Assembly: GCA_963703315.1 (NCBI GenBank)
Contig: OY969811.1
Coordinates: forward strand, 2,496,001-2,560,000
DNA: 64,000 nt
From: an uncultured cyanobacterium
GTDB taxonomy: Bacteria > Cyanobacteriota > Cyanobacteriia > Pseudanabaenales > Pseudanabaenaceae
Reading direction: 5' to 3'
Of the stretch, positions 50,568-60,303 are shown one piece after another. Position numbers and translations under genes: made by a program. The notes beneath the pieces are model-generated. The model saw nothing but the letters and a program-made list of their open reading frames with translations, did not search any database and had not been told where the DNA came from. Within the stretch, counting starts at the first letter, position 1. Every line of letters starts with the position of its first letter.

Positions 50568-52877
50568 CCATGAGACTAATTCAGGAAATTTCTTCGCTAG
50601 TTCTGTAATTGCAGGACAAATTGCGGCATTTTCAGTGCGATTCTCTAAGGTATTCCAACTAAAGGGAGCCGATTGTGCTGCTGAGAGCCAAAGTAATCTT
50701 TTAGCACGAGTCATCCCTACATAGAGCAAGCGAAACTCTTCCGCTTGTTTGAGATAGTTACATTGTTTCCACGCTTCCTCCGCATTCGGCAAGCGATCGC
50801 TATGCACGATCGCTCTGATCTGCGCCCGAGTCACTTCAGGCAATCCAAAATCTCCCAAAAACTTGACGGATTCAGGAATATAGGCTTCCCCTGGACAGAT
50901 CCGTTTGTGGAGAAAAGGCATAAATACCACATCCCAATCGAGTCCTTTGGCTTTGTGCAAACTAATAATCGTTAACTGTCCGCCCGTCATATAGCGACCT
51001 TCGAGATTTTCATCTTCCACTGCTTCAAAATTCTCGGACTCGACAATATCTTTAAGAGAACTAATCACGGTTTGCATGGAATAGTTGCCAATCAATTCTT
51101 GATTAAGGCGATCGCCTAGTTTATCGGCAGTGGCTAATAGTCCCGCCTCTTCGTCATAGAGGGTAAAGGCAATAAATGGAATCAAGTTATATAAAGGAAG
51201 TTCGATTTTAGCGCGAAGTAAGCCGATACATTTAGCTTGAGTTTCTTGAGCAATTTGCGATAAAGCAGGATCTAGCAAAGTTGGATAGAGAAATTTTTCG
51301 GGATTACTGGCGAGAGCGTTCAGATCCTGTTGTGATGAGATTTTCTGCCGATCCTTGAGAACTTCCAATGCTGATTTGAGATTGTCAGGGGAATGAGGAC
51401 GTTCCATAAATTGCAAGATTGCTAACATATCCATCGGCACACGCGATCGCCGATCGCTTTGTTCTACATCATAGATGGGAATATTATGCTCTTTAGTCAA
51501 CCATGCTAAGGACTCCGCCACAAACCGCCCCTGATTATGTTGACGTACTAAAATCGCCATACTTAACTTGGGATCTTGAGCATTTAGCTGTTTAATGCGA
51601 TCGCCGATCATCTCAATTTCATGCTCAATATCATCAACGGTATTGGGTAAATAGATTTCGACACCATTCCCAATTGCTTCAGGATTAGCATTCGGTTGTG
51701 GGTCATCAGCACCCACAGGACGAATTCTCTGATCACGAAATGGCTTCTCAATCTTGGCATATTCCGAATGATTGACCCAGTGCAGCACATAATTAGCGGC
51801 TCGCATCACATTGCGGGTACTACGTCCTGCTTGGTCAAGAATTGAGAGATGTGAGAATTCCTGACAGCGATCGCAAAATTCATTAAAAAAGCGCGGATCA
51901 GCAGGGGTAAAAGTAGAATTAATTGCCTGATTCGGATCTCCGACACGCATGAGGTTTTTAAGACCCTCACCCCCAACCCCTCTCCCTGAGGGAGAGAGGA
52001 GCCAGATTCCTTGCTCCCCCTCTCCCTCAGGGAGAGGGGGGGTGAGGGCAAGAATCTCCAACAACCTAGTTTGTAATGGCGAAGAATCCTGTGCTTCATC
52101 TTCAAAAACTGCAAAAATCCGCTCTTGCCAATATTGCTGCACTCCTGCATTTTGCAGCACCCGCAACGCACCCAAAATCATATCGTCATAATCGATCGCC
52201 CCTTCTTGTCGCAATAACCTCTCATAGGTTTCATAGAGTCCTGCGGCGATCGCCAAAATAAAACCACCATCGGGAGCTTCTGTTTCCCTCAACTGAGCAG
52301 AACTTAAGCCTGAACTTTTTGCCGTAGCGATCGCCTCCCTTGCGAGACTTGGTAACACATCGGTTCGCAATACTGTTTGTCTTCGTAAGCGTTCCGTATC
52401 TTCACCATCGAAGTTCCGACCTTCGAGAAGCAAATCATACAATTTAGGATTTTCCTTCACCCAAATATTCGTAGCATTGCGAATCAACCGTTGCTTCTGC
52501 GATTCCGAAACAATGGTGGTTTCTCCTGCGCCAAATCCTGATAGTTCTCGATGATTGCTGGCAATGGTATAAGCCAAGCTGTGCAAAGTACTGACAGTAA
52601 AAGAACTCTGTGGTAAACGCAGATTTTTTAAATGTTCTGATACTTTTTTGCGAATGTTACTGACAGCCGAACGAGTAAAGGTGACGATTACCAGTTGTTT
52701 TTGGCGATGCAGTTGAAATTTAGAAATAGCGATCGCCGCCGCTACTGCCATGCCCGTTGATTTCCCTGCCCCTGGAACTGCCGAAACCGCCAACTCGCCG
52801 CCCTGCCAGTCCGCCATTGTTTGCTGCCCATTGCGGAGTGTTTTGCGTAATTCATTGAGAGCTTCGGGCGAGACCAT
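50565..52877 (-). CDS. UvrD/REP-family ATP-dependent DNA helicase
   Basis: AVPGAGKS, VTFT, STLHS, EDEAQD, VGDPNQAI, SLHKAKGLDWD and RLLYVGMTRAK. Confidence 0.92.
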   Translation of the reverse strand: MVSPEALNELRKTLRNGQQTMADWQGGELAVSAVPGAGKSTGMAVAAAIAISKFQLHRQKQLVIVTFTRSAVSNIRKKVSEHLKNLRLPQSSFTVSTLHSLAYTIASNHRELSGFGAGETTIVSESQKQRLIRNATNIWVKENPKLYDLLLEGRNFDGEDTERLRRQTVLRTDVLPSLAREAIATAKSSGLSSAQLRETEAPDGGFILAIAAGLYETYERLLRQEGAIDYDDMILGALRVLQNAGVQQYWQERIFAVFEDEAQDSSPLQTRLLEILALTPPLPEGEGEQGIWLLSPSGRGVGGEGLKNLMRVGDPNQAINSTFTPADPRFFNEFCDRCQEFSHLSILDQAGRSTRNVMRAANYVLHWVNHSEYAKIEKPFRDQRIRPVGADDPQPNANPEAIGNGVEIYLPNTVDDIEHEIEMIGDRIKQLNAQDPKLSMAILVRQHNQGRFVAESLAWLTKEHNIPIYDVEQSDRRSRVPMDMLAILQFMERPHSPDNLKSALEVLKDRQKISSQQDLNALASNPEKFLYPTLLDPALSQIAQETQAKCIGLLRAKIELPLYNLIPFIAFTLYDEEAGLLATADKLGDRLNQELIGNYSMQTVISSLKDIVESENFEAVEDENLEGRYMTGGQLTIISLHKAKGLDWDVVFMPFLHKRICPGEAYIPESVKFLGDFGLPEVTRAQIRAIVHSDRLPNAEEAWKQCNYLKQAEEFRLLYVGMTRAKRLLWLSAAQSAPFSWNTLENRTENAAICPAITELAKKFPELVSW
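51964..52048. repeat. GC-rich CCCTCACCCCC...GGGTGAGGG palindromic element inside the helicase, in frame
   Basis: Encodes LTPPLPEGEGEQGIWLLSPSGRGVGGEG between motifs II and III. Confidence 0.88.
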
Positions 52878-52924
52878 AGACTATTGTGGCAAATATTATT
52901 GCAAATTTATGTTTAATGCTTGCT

Positions 52925-52995
52925 TAAGTAGTTGTCCAAAGAAATTTTTGAAAGCGCGGCAGAGCCGCGCTTTCAAAAATTTCTTTGGGTTTTAA
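52925..52995. repeat. Palindromic repeat with TAAGTAG left end
   Basis: ccaaagaaatttttgaaagcgcggc-AGA-gccgcgctttcaaaaatttctttgg. Confidence 0.85.
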
Positions 52996-53012
52996 TTTAG
53001 CGCAAAGCGCTG

Positions 53013-53051
53013 CAACAAAAAAGCCCAACCAATTGGCTGGGCTTTTTGTTG
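53013..53051 (-). terminator. Terminator of rpmI-rplT
   Basis: aaaaagccca...tgggcttttt hairpin just after the rplT stop. Confidence 0.7.
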
Positions 53052-53059
53052 AATTTAGT

Positions 53060-53413
53060 TTAAGCGATCGCTTTAGCTTTTTCGACAATCGCCGTAAATG
53101 CTTCGGGGTCAAGAATCGCAATTTGAGAAAGCATCTTCCGATTGATCTCAATATTAGATTTTTTCAGGAGACCTGCAAACTTGCTATAGCTCAGACCCTG
53201 TTGGCGAGCCGCAGCATTAATGCGGGTAATCCAGAGACTACGGAAATCGCGCTTCTTCTTGCGGCGATCGCGGTAGGCATTACGCAGAGCTTTCATTACC
53301 TGCTGGTTAGCAGTGCGGAACAGCTTGGAGTGCGATCCGCGAAAGCCTTTGGCTAATTTTAGTACTTTGTTGCGGCGCTTCCTAGCTACGTTACCGCGTT
53401 TTACTCTGGTCAT
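53060..53413 (-). CDS. rplT: 50S ribosomal protein L20
   Basis: [14 protein letters not shown]..., [10 protein letters not shown]. Confidence 0.98.
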   Translation of the reverse strand: MTRVKRGNVARKRRNKVLKLAKGFRGSHSKLFRTANQQVMKALRNAYRDRRKKKRDFRSLWITRINAAARQQGLSYSKFAGLLKKSNIEINRKMLSQIAILDPEAFTAIVEKAKAIA

Positions 53414-53486
53414 GGCAGTTCGTTATTATCGTGAGTGTATTTATCTAATTTTTTTAGAGCGCTAAGCGCCCTAAAAAAGCTTTAAT

Positions 53487-53684
53487 TTAGGCGTAAGGCA
53501 TCATTGCGCTTACTCTGTCATTATCAGTCTCATCAACTATAGCCATCTGACCCAATCTGGTCTTACGAACAGTTGGTTTATGCTCTAGTAGGTGGTTGCG
53601 ACCAGCGTGGCGGCGAGCAAACTTGCCGCTACCCGTCACCTTGAATCGCTTGGCGGCAGATTTACGAGTTTTGAGCTTAGGCAC
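53487..53684 (-). CDS. rpmI: 50S ribosomal protein L35
   Basis: [24 protein letters not shown] start. Confidence 0.97.
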   Translation of the reverse strand: MPKLKTRKSAAKRFKVTGSGKFARRHAGRNHLLEHKPTVRKTRLGQMAIVDETDNDRVSAMMPYA

Positions 53685-53794
53685 TTCTTTCTAGTCCAAA
53701 TTTTTGACCTTTACGAGTGTACCATAAGTAAATGCGTTACAGCGCATTTGGTGTGAAATTCAAATATTTTATGGAATCTAGTTTGGAAATCAAA

Positions 53795-54952
53795 ATGAAA
53801 CGCCGCATATTTATTAGTACAGGGGAAGTTTCAGGCGACTGGCATGGGGCGATTTTGATTGAGGCTTTGCATGAGCGGGCGGCTCTGAAGGGCATTGAGT
53901 TAGAGATTGTGGGACTAGGCGGCGATCGCATGGCAAAGGTGGGCGCAAATCTACTCGGCAATACGGTAGGTATCGGCTCAATTGGCGCAACTGAAGCATT
54001 GCCTTACATCTTGCCAACGCTGCGAGTACAAGAGATTGCCAAAAAATGGTTGAAAAAATCACCGCCCGATGTAGCCGTATTAATTGACTACATGATGCCC
54101 AATCAAGGCATCGGCTACTTTGCCAAGAACATCCTGAAAATTCCTGTCATTTATTACATTGCGCCACAGGAATGGGTGTGGTCAGTCAATGATAAGAATA
54201 CTAAGGCGATCGCCTCTTTTACGGACAAACTGCTCGCGATTTTTCCCGAAGAAGCTACTTATTACCAAAAACAAGGTACAAATGTGCAATGGGTAGGGCA
54301 TCCCTTTATAGACTTAATGGCGAAGATTCCCGATCGCCTTGCCGCACGACAACAACTTGGGATTGCCGATGACGACTTAGTAGTGACGTTACTTCCTGCT
54401 TCACGGACTCAAGAACTGCGATCGGTCATGCCGATTATTCTCGAAACCGCGAAAATCATTCAAACTAAACTCCCCCATGTCAAATTTTTGTTACCACTAT
54501 CCTTAGAGCGCTATCGTGCTGAAGTAGAGAGATTACTTGCAAAATACAACATCAAAGCCACAATTGTTGATGGTCAGTCTCAAACTGCGATTAGTGCGGC
54601 TGATTTGGTGTTAAGCAAGTCAGGTACTGTTAATTTGGAAGCGGCATTGTTGAATGTGCCACAGGTGATTTTATATCGAGTCAGTGCGGTTACTGCTTGG
54701 GTAGCACGTTACATTTTGAGGTTGCAATTACCATTTATTTCGCCAGTCAATTTAGTGAATATGGAATCAGTCATCCCTGAGTTTGTGCAGAATGATGCGG
54801 TTCCTGAAGCGATCGCCGAATGTGGCTTAAATCTATTGACTAATGCTGAAGTAAGACAAACTATGCTTGATGGCTATGCTCGCATGAGAGCAAGTTTAGG
54901 CGAAAAAGGCGCGATTAACCGTGTTGCTGACGCAATCATTGATTATTTATAG
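53795..54952 (+). CDS. lpxB: Lipid-A-disaccharide synthase
   Basis: ISTGEVSGD, YYIAPQEWVW, VGHP, LLPASR and SGTVNLE. Start is ATG 53795 or 53771. Confidence 0.93.
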   Translation: MKRRIFISTGEVSGDWHGAILIEALHERAALKGIELEIVGLGGDRMAKVGANLLGNTVGIGSIGATEALPYILPTLRVQEIAKKWLKKSPPDVAVLIDYMMPNQGIGYFAKNILKIPVIYYIAPQEWVWSVNDKNTKAIASFTDKLLAIFPEEATYYQKQGTNVQWVGHPFIDLMAKIPDRLAARQQLGIADDDLVVTLLPASRTQELRSVMPIILETAKIIQTKLPHVKFLLPLSLERYRAEVERLLAKYNIKATIVDGQSQTAISAADLVLSKSGTVNLEAALLNVPQVILYRVSAVTAWVARYILRLQLPFISPVNLVNMESVIPEFVQNDAVPEAIAECGLNLLTNAEVRQTMLDGYARMRASLGEKGAINRVADAIIDYL

Positions 54953-55012
54953 CGTTTCATAGTCTAGTGAAGTACGGGATTGTTTTCCCGCCGAAGGCGG
55001 GAAAACAATCTT
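54948..55012. repeat. TATAGCGTTTCA-type element (left part plus hairpin)
   Basis: gattgttttcccgcc-GAA-ggcgggaaaacaatc. The same left end occurs at 6442 and 55971. Confidence 0.8.
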
Positions 55013-55022
55013 CTGTTTGTGT

Positions 55023-55451
55023 TCACTTTAGATATTTCAATAAAACATCAGTGATATGACCTTGAAACAAATCTATACCTAATGCCGATTTAATCAGGTA
55101 GAGAATTAAAACTGTAATTGCACTAATCAGAAAACTCATCGCAATAATCAATAAAATTGCTGCAATTATATTGGCAATTTTAGTAATCCTATTGACTGGA
55201 TATTGTCTTTGTTTTTTACGCATATCCTTCCCAATTAATAACACGACAAAAAACCGTGTAATAATCAGATCGACAATAAAACGTAAATCGATGATTTTGG
55301 GTGATGGTTTAGGAATAGCAACAGAAAAAATAGATTTTAGATTGTCTCTATCTTCTATATTTAACTTTTCCAAAATATGTAATGGGATTTGATGCATATA
55401 ATAATCTGCATCTTTGTCAAGATAGTTTTTAGTCGATTGATGCATATTCAT
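55023..55451 (-). CDS. Hypothetical membrane-anchored protein (AT-rich)
   Basis: 142 aa with a C-terminal TM segment. Confidence 0.7.
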   Translation of the reverse strand: MNMHQSTKNYLDKDADYYMHQIPLHILEKLNIEDRDNLKSIFSVAIPKPSPKIIDLRFIVDLIITRFFVVLLIGKDMRKKQRQYPVNRITKIANIIAAILLIIAMSFLISAITVLILYLIKSALGIDLFQGHITDVLLKYLK

Positions 55452-55463
55452 AATCTATAATCA

Positions 55464-55907
55464 TCAAGCTGAAATCCATTGATAGATATACCAACCAATC
55501 GCCATTGCACCCCAACTAATGAATATTAGTCCATAGGTAGATCTATCTTTGTCTAGACCTAATGCAGACATTCTTGGTTGAGCAAAAGCTAGTAAAAAAA
55601 CAATGCTAATTGCCAGTGTCCAGCATAACAATAGCAATGAAGCGACTTTTTGTGCGTTCATTGCTCCTAAGCTCAAAGGAGTTGCCCATGCAAAAGCACT
55701 GCCCCAAAACCATATCGAAATCCAAGCGATCGCTAAAGTAATTGATGAGCTTCCTGTCTGCGATAGCCTCAAAGTAGCAATACAATTTCCTATTAAGATA
55801 AAGTAATTAACTTTGTATAGTGCTAATAAATAACCACCAAGTATATATCCTCCAAATAAAACTATTAGATAAATAATTGCATCATAGGGGATATATCGGA
55901 GTTTCAT
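55464..55907 (-). CDS. Hypothetical multi-TM protein (AT-rich)
   Basis: 147 aa, hydrophobic, 12 nt from the next gene. Confidence 0.7.
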   Translation of the reverse strand: MKLRYIPYDAIIYLIVLFGGYILGGYLLALYKVNYFILIGNCIATLRLSQTGSSSITLAIAWISIWFWGSAFAWATPLSLGAMNAQKVASLLLLCWTLAISIVFLLAFAQPRMSALGLDKDRSTYGLIFISWGAMAIGWYIYQWISA

Positions 55908-55970
55908 AACTTTAATACAGAGTCTAAAAATGCACAGGCTAAAAATAGATAATGACTACCTTTGGTAATA

Positions 55971-56104
55971 TATAGCGTTTCACAATCCAGTACTTCGCTT
56001 GAAAAGCGCTATAACACACAACCAGAAGACGAGTTGCGGCGCTTCGCGCCGCAACTCGCTTCTTGGTTTCGTGATTTTTCCTAATGTAAAGGGCGACAGC
56101 TATA
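55971..56104. repeat. Two adjacent TATAGC...GCTATA-type elements
   Basis: Short element at 55971-56013, then hairpin cgagttgcggcgc-TTC-gcgccgcaactcg ending GCTATA at 56104. Confidence 0.8.
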
Positions 56105-56173
56105 ATATTGCGCTAAAGTTAAACCTGATGCCGAAAGCCCGATCGCAGAACGTCATAATCGCAAATATTACCT

Positions 56174-57157
56174 ATGAATATTACCGTCAAGCTTCGCCGC
56201 CAAAAATCACGCACTAGCGAACCCACCGATCACACCTTTCAAATCGAAGCCGATCCTACTCGCACGACTGTACTTGACGTATTAATCAAAATTCAAAGCG
56301 AACAGGATGGTTCTATCGGTTTTCGGCGCAACTGTCGCAATGCCATTTGTGGATCTTGTGCGATGCGAATTAATGGGCGATCGGGATTAGCTTGTCAGAA
56401 GCACGTTAGTGAAGTGATGGGAGAGCATGATACCGAACTAGTAATCGAGCCGATGCAAAATCTTCCCGTGATCAAAGATTTAATTGTGGACATGACTAAA
56501 TTTTGGGATAACCTCCACAAAGTCGATCCTTATGTTTCAACGGCATCGCGACAAATCAGCAAAACTGAATATCTGCAAACTCCAGCCCAACGCGCCAAAC
56601 TGCAAGCTGCGGCTAATTGTATTCTCTGCGGTTCTTGCTATTCTGAATGTAACTCTGCGGCTGTAAGCGATAGCTTTGTTGGTCCTCACGCCTTAGCCAA
56701 AGCCTATCGCGTCATGGCAGACAATCGTGATGATCGCACTGAGGAACGGGTCGAGAAATATAACGAATCAGGTTTTGTCTGGGACTGCACACGCTGCTAT
56801 AACTGTAATGAAGTCTGTCCAGTGGAAGTGCAACCTCTCGATCGCATTTCCCAAATCAAGCATGAGATTCTCGCTAATCGTGATTTACCAGAATCGATGC
56901 CACAGCGTCATCGCCATACATTGCTCGATCTCGTGAAGGAAGATGGCTGGATTGATGAAAGTAAATTTGCAGTGCGACTCGTCAGCGATGATTTCAAAGA
57001 TTTAAAAGCATTGCTGAGTATCTTTCCTGTTGGCATTCGGATGCTTTTAAGTGGCAAAATCCCCTATCCGTGGCAATTCAAAAAATCAGAAGGTGCAGCC
57101 GAAGCTAAAGCTTTGATAGAGGCGATCGCCTCTGCCAAAAGCGAGCATGAACGATAA
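56174..57157 (+). CDS. sdhB: Succinate dehydrogenase iron-sulfur subunit
   Basis: CRNAICGSC..C, CILCGSCYSEC and CTRCYNCNEVCP. Confidence 0.92.
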   Translation: MNITVKLRRQKSRTSEPTDHTFQIEADPTRTTVLDVLIKIQSEQDGSIGFRRNCRNAICGSCAMRINGRSGLACQKHVSEVMGEHDTELVIEPMQNLPVIKDLIVDMTKFWDNLHKVDPYVSTASRQISKTEYLQTPAQRAKLQAAANCILCGSCYSECNSAAVSDSFVGPHALAKAYRVMADNRDDRTEERVEKYNESGFVWDCTRCYNCNEVCPVEVQPLDRISQIKHEILANRDLPESMPQRHRHTLLDLVKEDGWIDESKFAVRLVSDDFKDLKALLSIFPVGIRMLLSGKIPYPWQFKKSEGAAEAKALIEAIASAKSEHER

Positions 57158-57324
57158 AGAATGCTATTTTCTACATCAATGCCGCAGGGTGTGCGTTATG
57201 ATTCACATCCTCTTGAACCGTCTTGCTTTGCTATATATTAGGACTTGAGCAATTCTGATATATTTACGGAAATCGCAATTCTTGCAAAGCAGATCTTTAA
57301 CTTCAGTCAGTTAACCCAAACTTC

Positions 57325-59550
57325 ATGGCTCTATCCTTTGTCGGTCAAGACTTGCGTAATCGCTCCTTTCGTGGACGTAAGGACTTAGCAGGTGCAGATT
57401 TTACAGATGCAGATCTGCGAGGTTGTGATTTTCGAGACACTATCCTAACGGATGCTAATTTTACAAATGTTATAACTGGTCAAAGTTATACAAAGTTAAT
57501 TATTGCGATATTATCAGCACTTATTAGTTCAGCTACTTTTGCTTCTAATTTTGCAATTGCTTTTACACTTAGTTTTAATGATATAGATATATCTTCAGCT
57601 AATTTTTTAGTTGCATTTACAGTATCTTTTTTGATTTCTATAATATCTATATATAGCAATATTCTATATATAGATGTATTGATTTTTTTAAATTCATTTA
57701 TTATTGTAATATTGCTTATTTCTCAATCATTTACTGCTTTTCTTGGTGGTAACATTATTTGGGGAGTATCAAATATTATTTTTAGCCTATCTTTGTTGGT
57801 TTTTGTAAAACATATATTTAGATCACTTAGAGATAATCCGCTAAATATTCAAAGCGCAGTAGGAACAGATTTTCGTTCCGCGAATCTAACTGGTGCAACA
57901 TTTGCTAATGCAAAGTTAAGACTTGTCGATTTTACAGATACGAAACATGACTTAGTTAATTGGCAAGGAGCATATACTTATTGGTGTAAATTACCATACT
58001 ATCTTAATGATAGCAAAACCAAATATTTATATCTCAATCCAGAAAAATGTAGAGCAAAAAATTATATATCAGCTAACTTTTCCAAAGCATACTTACAAAA
58101 TGCTGATCTTATTGATGCTAACTTGCTTGGCTGTCTTTTTGTGGGTACTGACTTACGTAATTCTCTGCTTGTAAATGCAAACCTAAAAAATTCAATATTA
58201 AAGGATGCTAATCTAAGTAATGCCAATCTAAGCTATACAAATCTACAAAGTACAATGTTAAATAATGCGAATTTGAATACTGTAGATCTAAGTTATTCAA
58301 ATCTACAGTATTCAAATTTAAAAGATTCAGATATATGTACTGCAAATCTTAGTAATGCAAACTTGAAAAATTCAAGTTTAAATAATACAAACTTATATGG
58401 AGCGAATCTTACAAATGCCAATCTACAAAACACTAATCTAAATAATGCAAATTTTCAATATGCTAATCTTAGTAATGCCAATCTTAGTAACACACAAGTC
58501 TTAGGCACTAACTTTACAAGTGCAAACTTAACAGGGGCTTGCATTGAAAATTGGTGGTTCAGTCCCAGTACTAAATTTGATAATGTTACTTGTGATTATA
58601 TATTTCTCAGCCAAAAGATTGATGAAAATGGTAATATCGTATATAACTCTGATAGCCGTAAGCCAGCTAATGGCAATTTTCAGCAAGGCGATTTTACTAA
58701 ACTAATTCGTCAATATTTAGATGGCTTAGACCTAATTTTTCGTGGCGACGATGATCCAAAATCTTTTGCTTTTGCTTTACAGAAGTTACTTAGCGAATAT
58801 GAAGATGCTCAAATTCAATTTGGCTCTTTGCAAAACTTAGGAGATGGTGACATTGTTTTGCGTCTTACAGTTGGAAATCCACAAGTACCTAAATCCAAGT
58901 TGCAAGCCTTCTTTACTGAGACTAAAAAAATCGCTCAATTATTTTTTTCTCAAGGAGAAAATCAAAACTTGCAAAAACTAGAAAGTGAAATTAATCGACT
59001 AAAGAAAGACCTAGCGGATAAGAATCGGCAGTTAGAGAGTAGTTTAGTAAGGACAAAACACTCCCCATCAGATAATGCTAAAGTAGGGAATAATTTCAGC
59101 CTAATTAGCGTAATTGTGCAGGACTCTATGTTTGGGAAAAAGACTGATATTAAAGCAGGTGGCGATGTTTCAGGTGTTGCAGACGGAAACATCTCAGGAG
59201 TTGCAGGTAAAGACTTAAAAGGAGTAGCAGGTAGAGATATTAGCGGACAAGTTACTATCACAATTCAAGAACTCCGTGATAGCGATACTCCCGAAGCACC
59301 AAAACTCGCTGATCTCCTGACTGACTTACAAAAAGTAATTAGCGAATCCACCGAATTAGCAGAACCTGACAAAGAAAAAGCTCTGAAATATCTGGATAAG
59401 ATTGGCAAACTTGCCAACGACAAAGAATGCGATCGCGACATGATTAGCATGGCGATCGATGGCATTCTCAACGTTGTTAGCAAAGCCGCAAAATTACTTA
59501 CCCCCGTCCAAGCGATCGCCGATGGGTTGCGAAAGATTCTACAGCTATGA
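57325..59550 (+). CDS. Membrane pentapeptide-repeat protein with coiled coil and C-terminal helical domain
   Basis: Pentapeptide block, TM segments, long ANL repeat tract, LTGACIENW, then GxxxSGVA repeats. Confidence 0.85.
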   Translation: MALSFVGQDLRNRSFRGRKDLAGADFTDADLRGCDFRDTILTDANFTNVITGQSYTKLIIAILSALISSATFASNFAIAFTLSFNDIDISSANFLVAFTVSFLISIISIYSNILYIDVLIFLNSFIIVILLISQSFTAFLGGNIIWGVSNIIFSLSLLVFVKHIFRSLRDNPLNIQSAVGTDFRSANLTGATFANAKLRLVDFTDTKHDLVNWQGAYTYWCKLPYYLNDSKTKYLYLNPEKCRAKNYISANFSKAYLQNADLIDANLLGCLFVGTDLRNSLLVNANLKNSILKDANLSNANLSYTNLQSTMLNNANLNTVDLSYSNLQYSNLKDSDICTANLSNANLKNSSLNNTNLYGANLTNANLQNTNLNNANFQYANLSNANLSNTQVLGTNFTSANLTGACIENWWFSPSTKFDNVTCDYIFLSQKIDENGNIVYNSDSRKPANGNFQQGDFTKLIRQYLDGLDLIFRGDDDPKSFAFALQKLLSEYEDAQIQFGSLQNLGDGDIVLRLTVGNPQVPKSKLQAFFTETKKIAQLFFSQGENQNLQKLESEINRLKKDLADKNRQLESSLVRTKHSPSDNAKVGNNFSLISVIVQDSMFGKKTDIKAGGDVSGVADGNISGVAGKDLKGVAGRDISGQVTITIQELRDSDTPEAPKLADLLTDLQKVISESTELAEPDKEKALKYLDKIGKLANDKECDRDMISMAIDGILNVVSKAAKLLTPVQAIADGLRKILQL

Positions 59551-59585
59551 GAGCCAGAGATTTGCAGTGAGTTGAGATAGGTTCA

Positions 59586-60254
59586 CTAGCCTCTGCTTTT
59601 GACCTCATTTTTGATCGCCTGCAAAGTATCATTCAAAGCATCTTTGAAAATTCCATAAAATGCGTCAGTAGGTGTGCCATCATTGGGCTGAGCATTGACC
59701 GTGTAAGTAATCAAAACCTGATTGGCAGGACGATTCGGCACAGAAGAGACAGGTTCCATTTTCCAGTAACCTTCCATTTTGGCAAGGTCGCCATCGAGGA
59801 GACGGAAATCAATCTGTTTGCGATCGGTTTCTTCAATTGCAAGCTTAGTACGCGAAACGATCGAAATGACAAAGACTTGGCGCGTATCTACTTGCTCAAT
59901 CACCTTGCGATTACCATAACTTTCAAGAACCTTGCTAGAAGTCATGTTGGGAATGAACTTGTAAAGATTGGCATAATCAGTCAAAACTTTCCAAACTGCA
60001 TCAGGGGAAGCATTAACTAATACCATCGCCACATATTTACCCTTTTCGCCAGTAACTACCGTTTGCCCATTCCGCAAGGAGTCACGCTGGATTGATGGTA
60101 AGCGATCGACGGGACCATCAAAGAGAGAGGCACGGGCAGGCAGCGATGGTGTGCAGCAAGCGATCGCGATCGCCATGACCACAGCCGAGCCTGAAGAAAG
60201 TTTTGTCATAAATTGTGAGGCTAATTTCTGGACTGATTTTGGTTGAGACTGCAT
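59586..60254 (-). CDS. SRPBCC (polyketide cyclase/dehydrase-like) protein
   Basis: VWKVLTDYANLYKFIPNM, GDLAKMEGYW. Start uncertain (60284, 60254 or 60209). Confidence 0.8.
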   Translation of the reverse strand: MQSQPKSVQKLASQFMTKLSSGSAVVMAIAIACCTPSLPARASLFDGPVDRLPSIQRDSLRNGQTVVTGEKGKYVAMVLVNASPDAVWKVLTDYANLYKFIPNMTSSKVLESYGNRKVIEQVDTRQVFVISIVSRTKLAIEETDRKQIDFRLLDGDLAKMEGYWKMEPVSSVPNRPANQVLITYTVNAQPNDGTPTDAFYGIFKDALNDTLQAIKNEVKSRG

Positions 60255-60303
60255 AGAATTTGGATAGGATGGATACTTTGTCATGAAATTTGCGACTGGC
60301 TGT

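Noticed and set aside
52924..53356. ORFs overlapping or antisense to rplT
   Set aside because: They run through rplT, its terminator and a repeat, and show no protein features.
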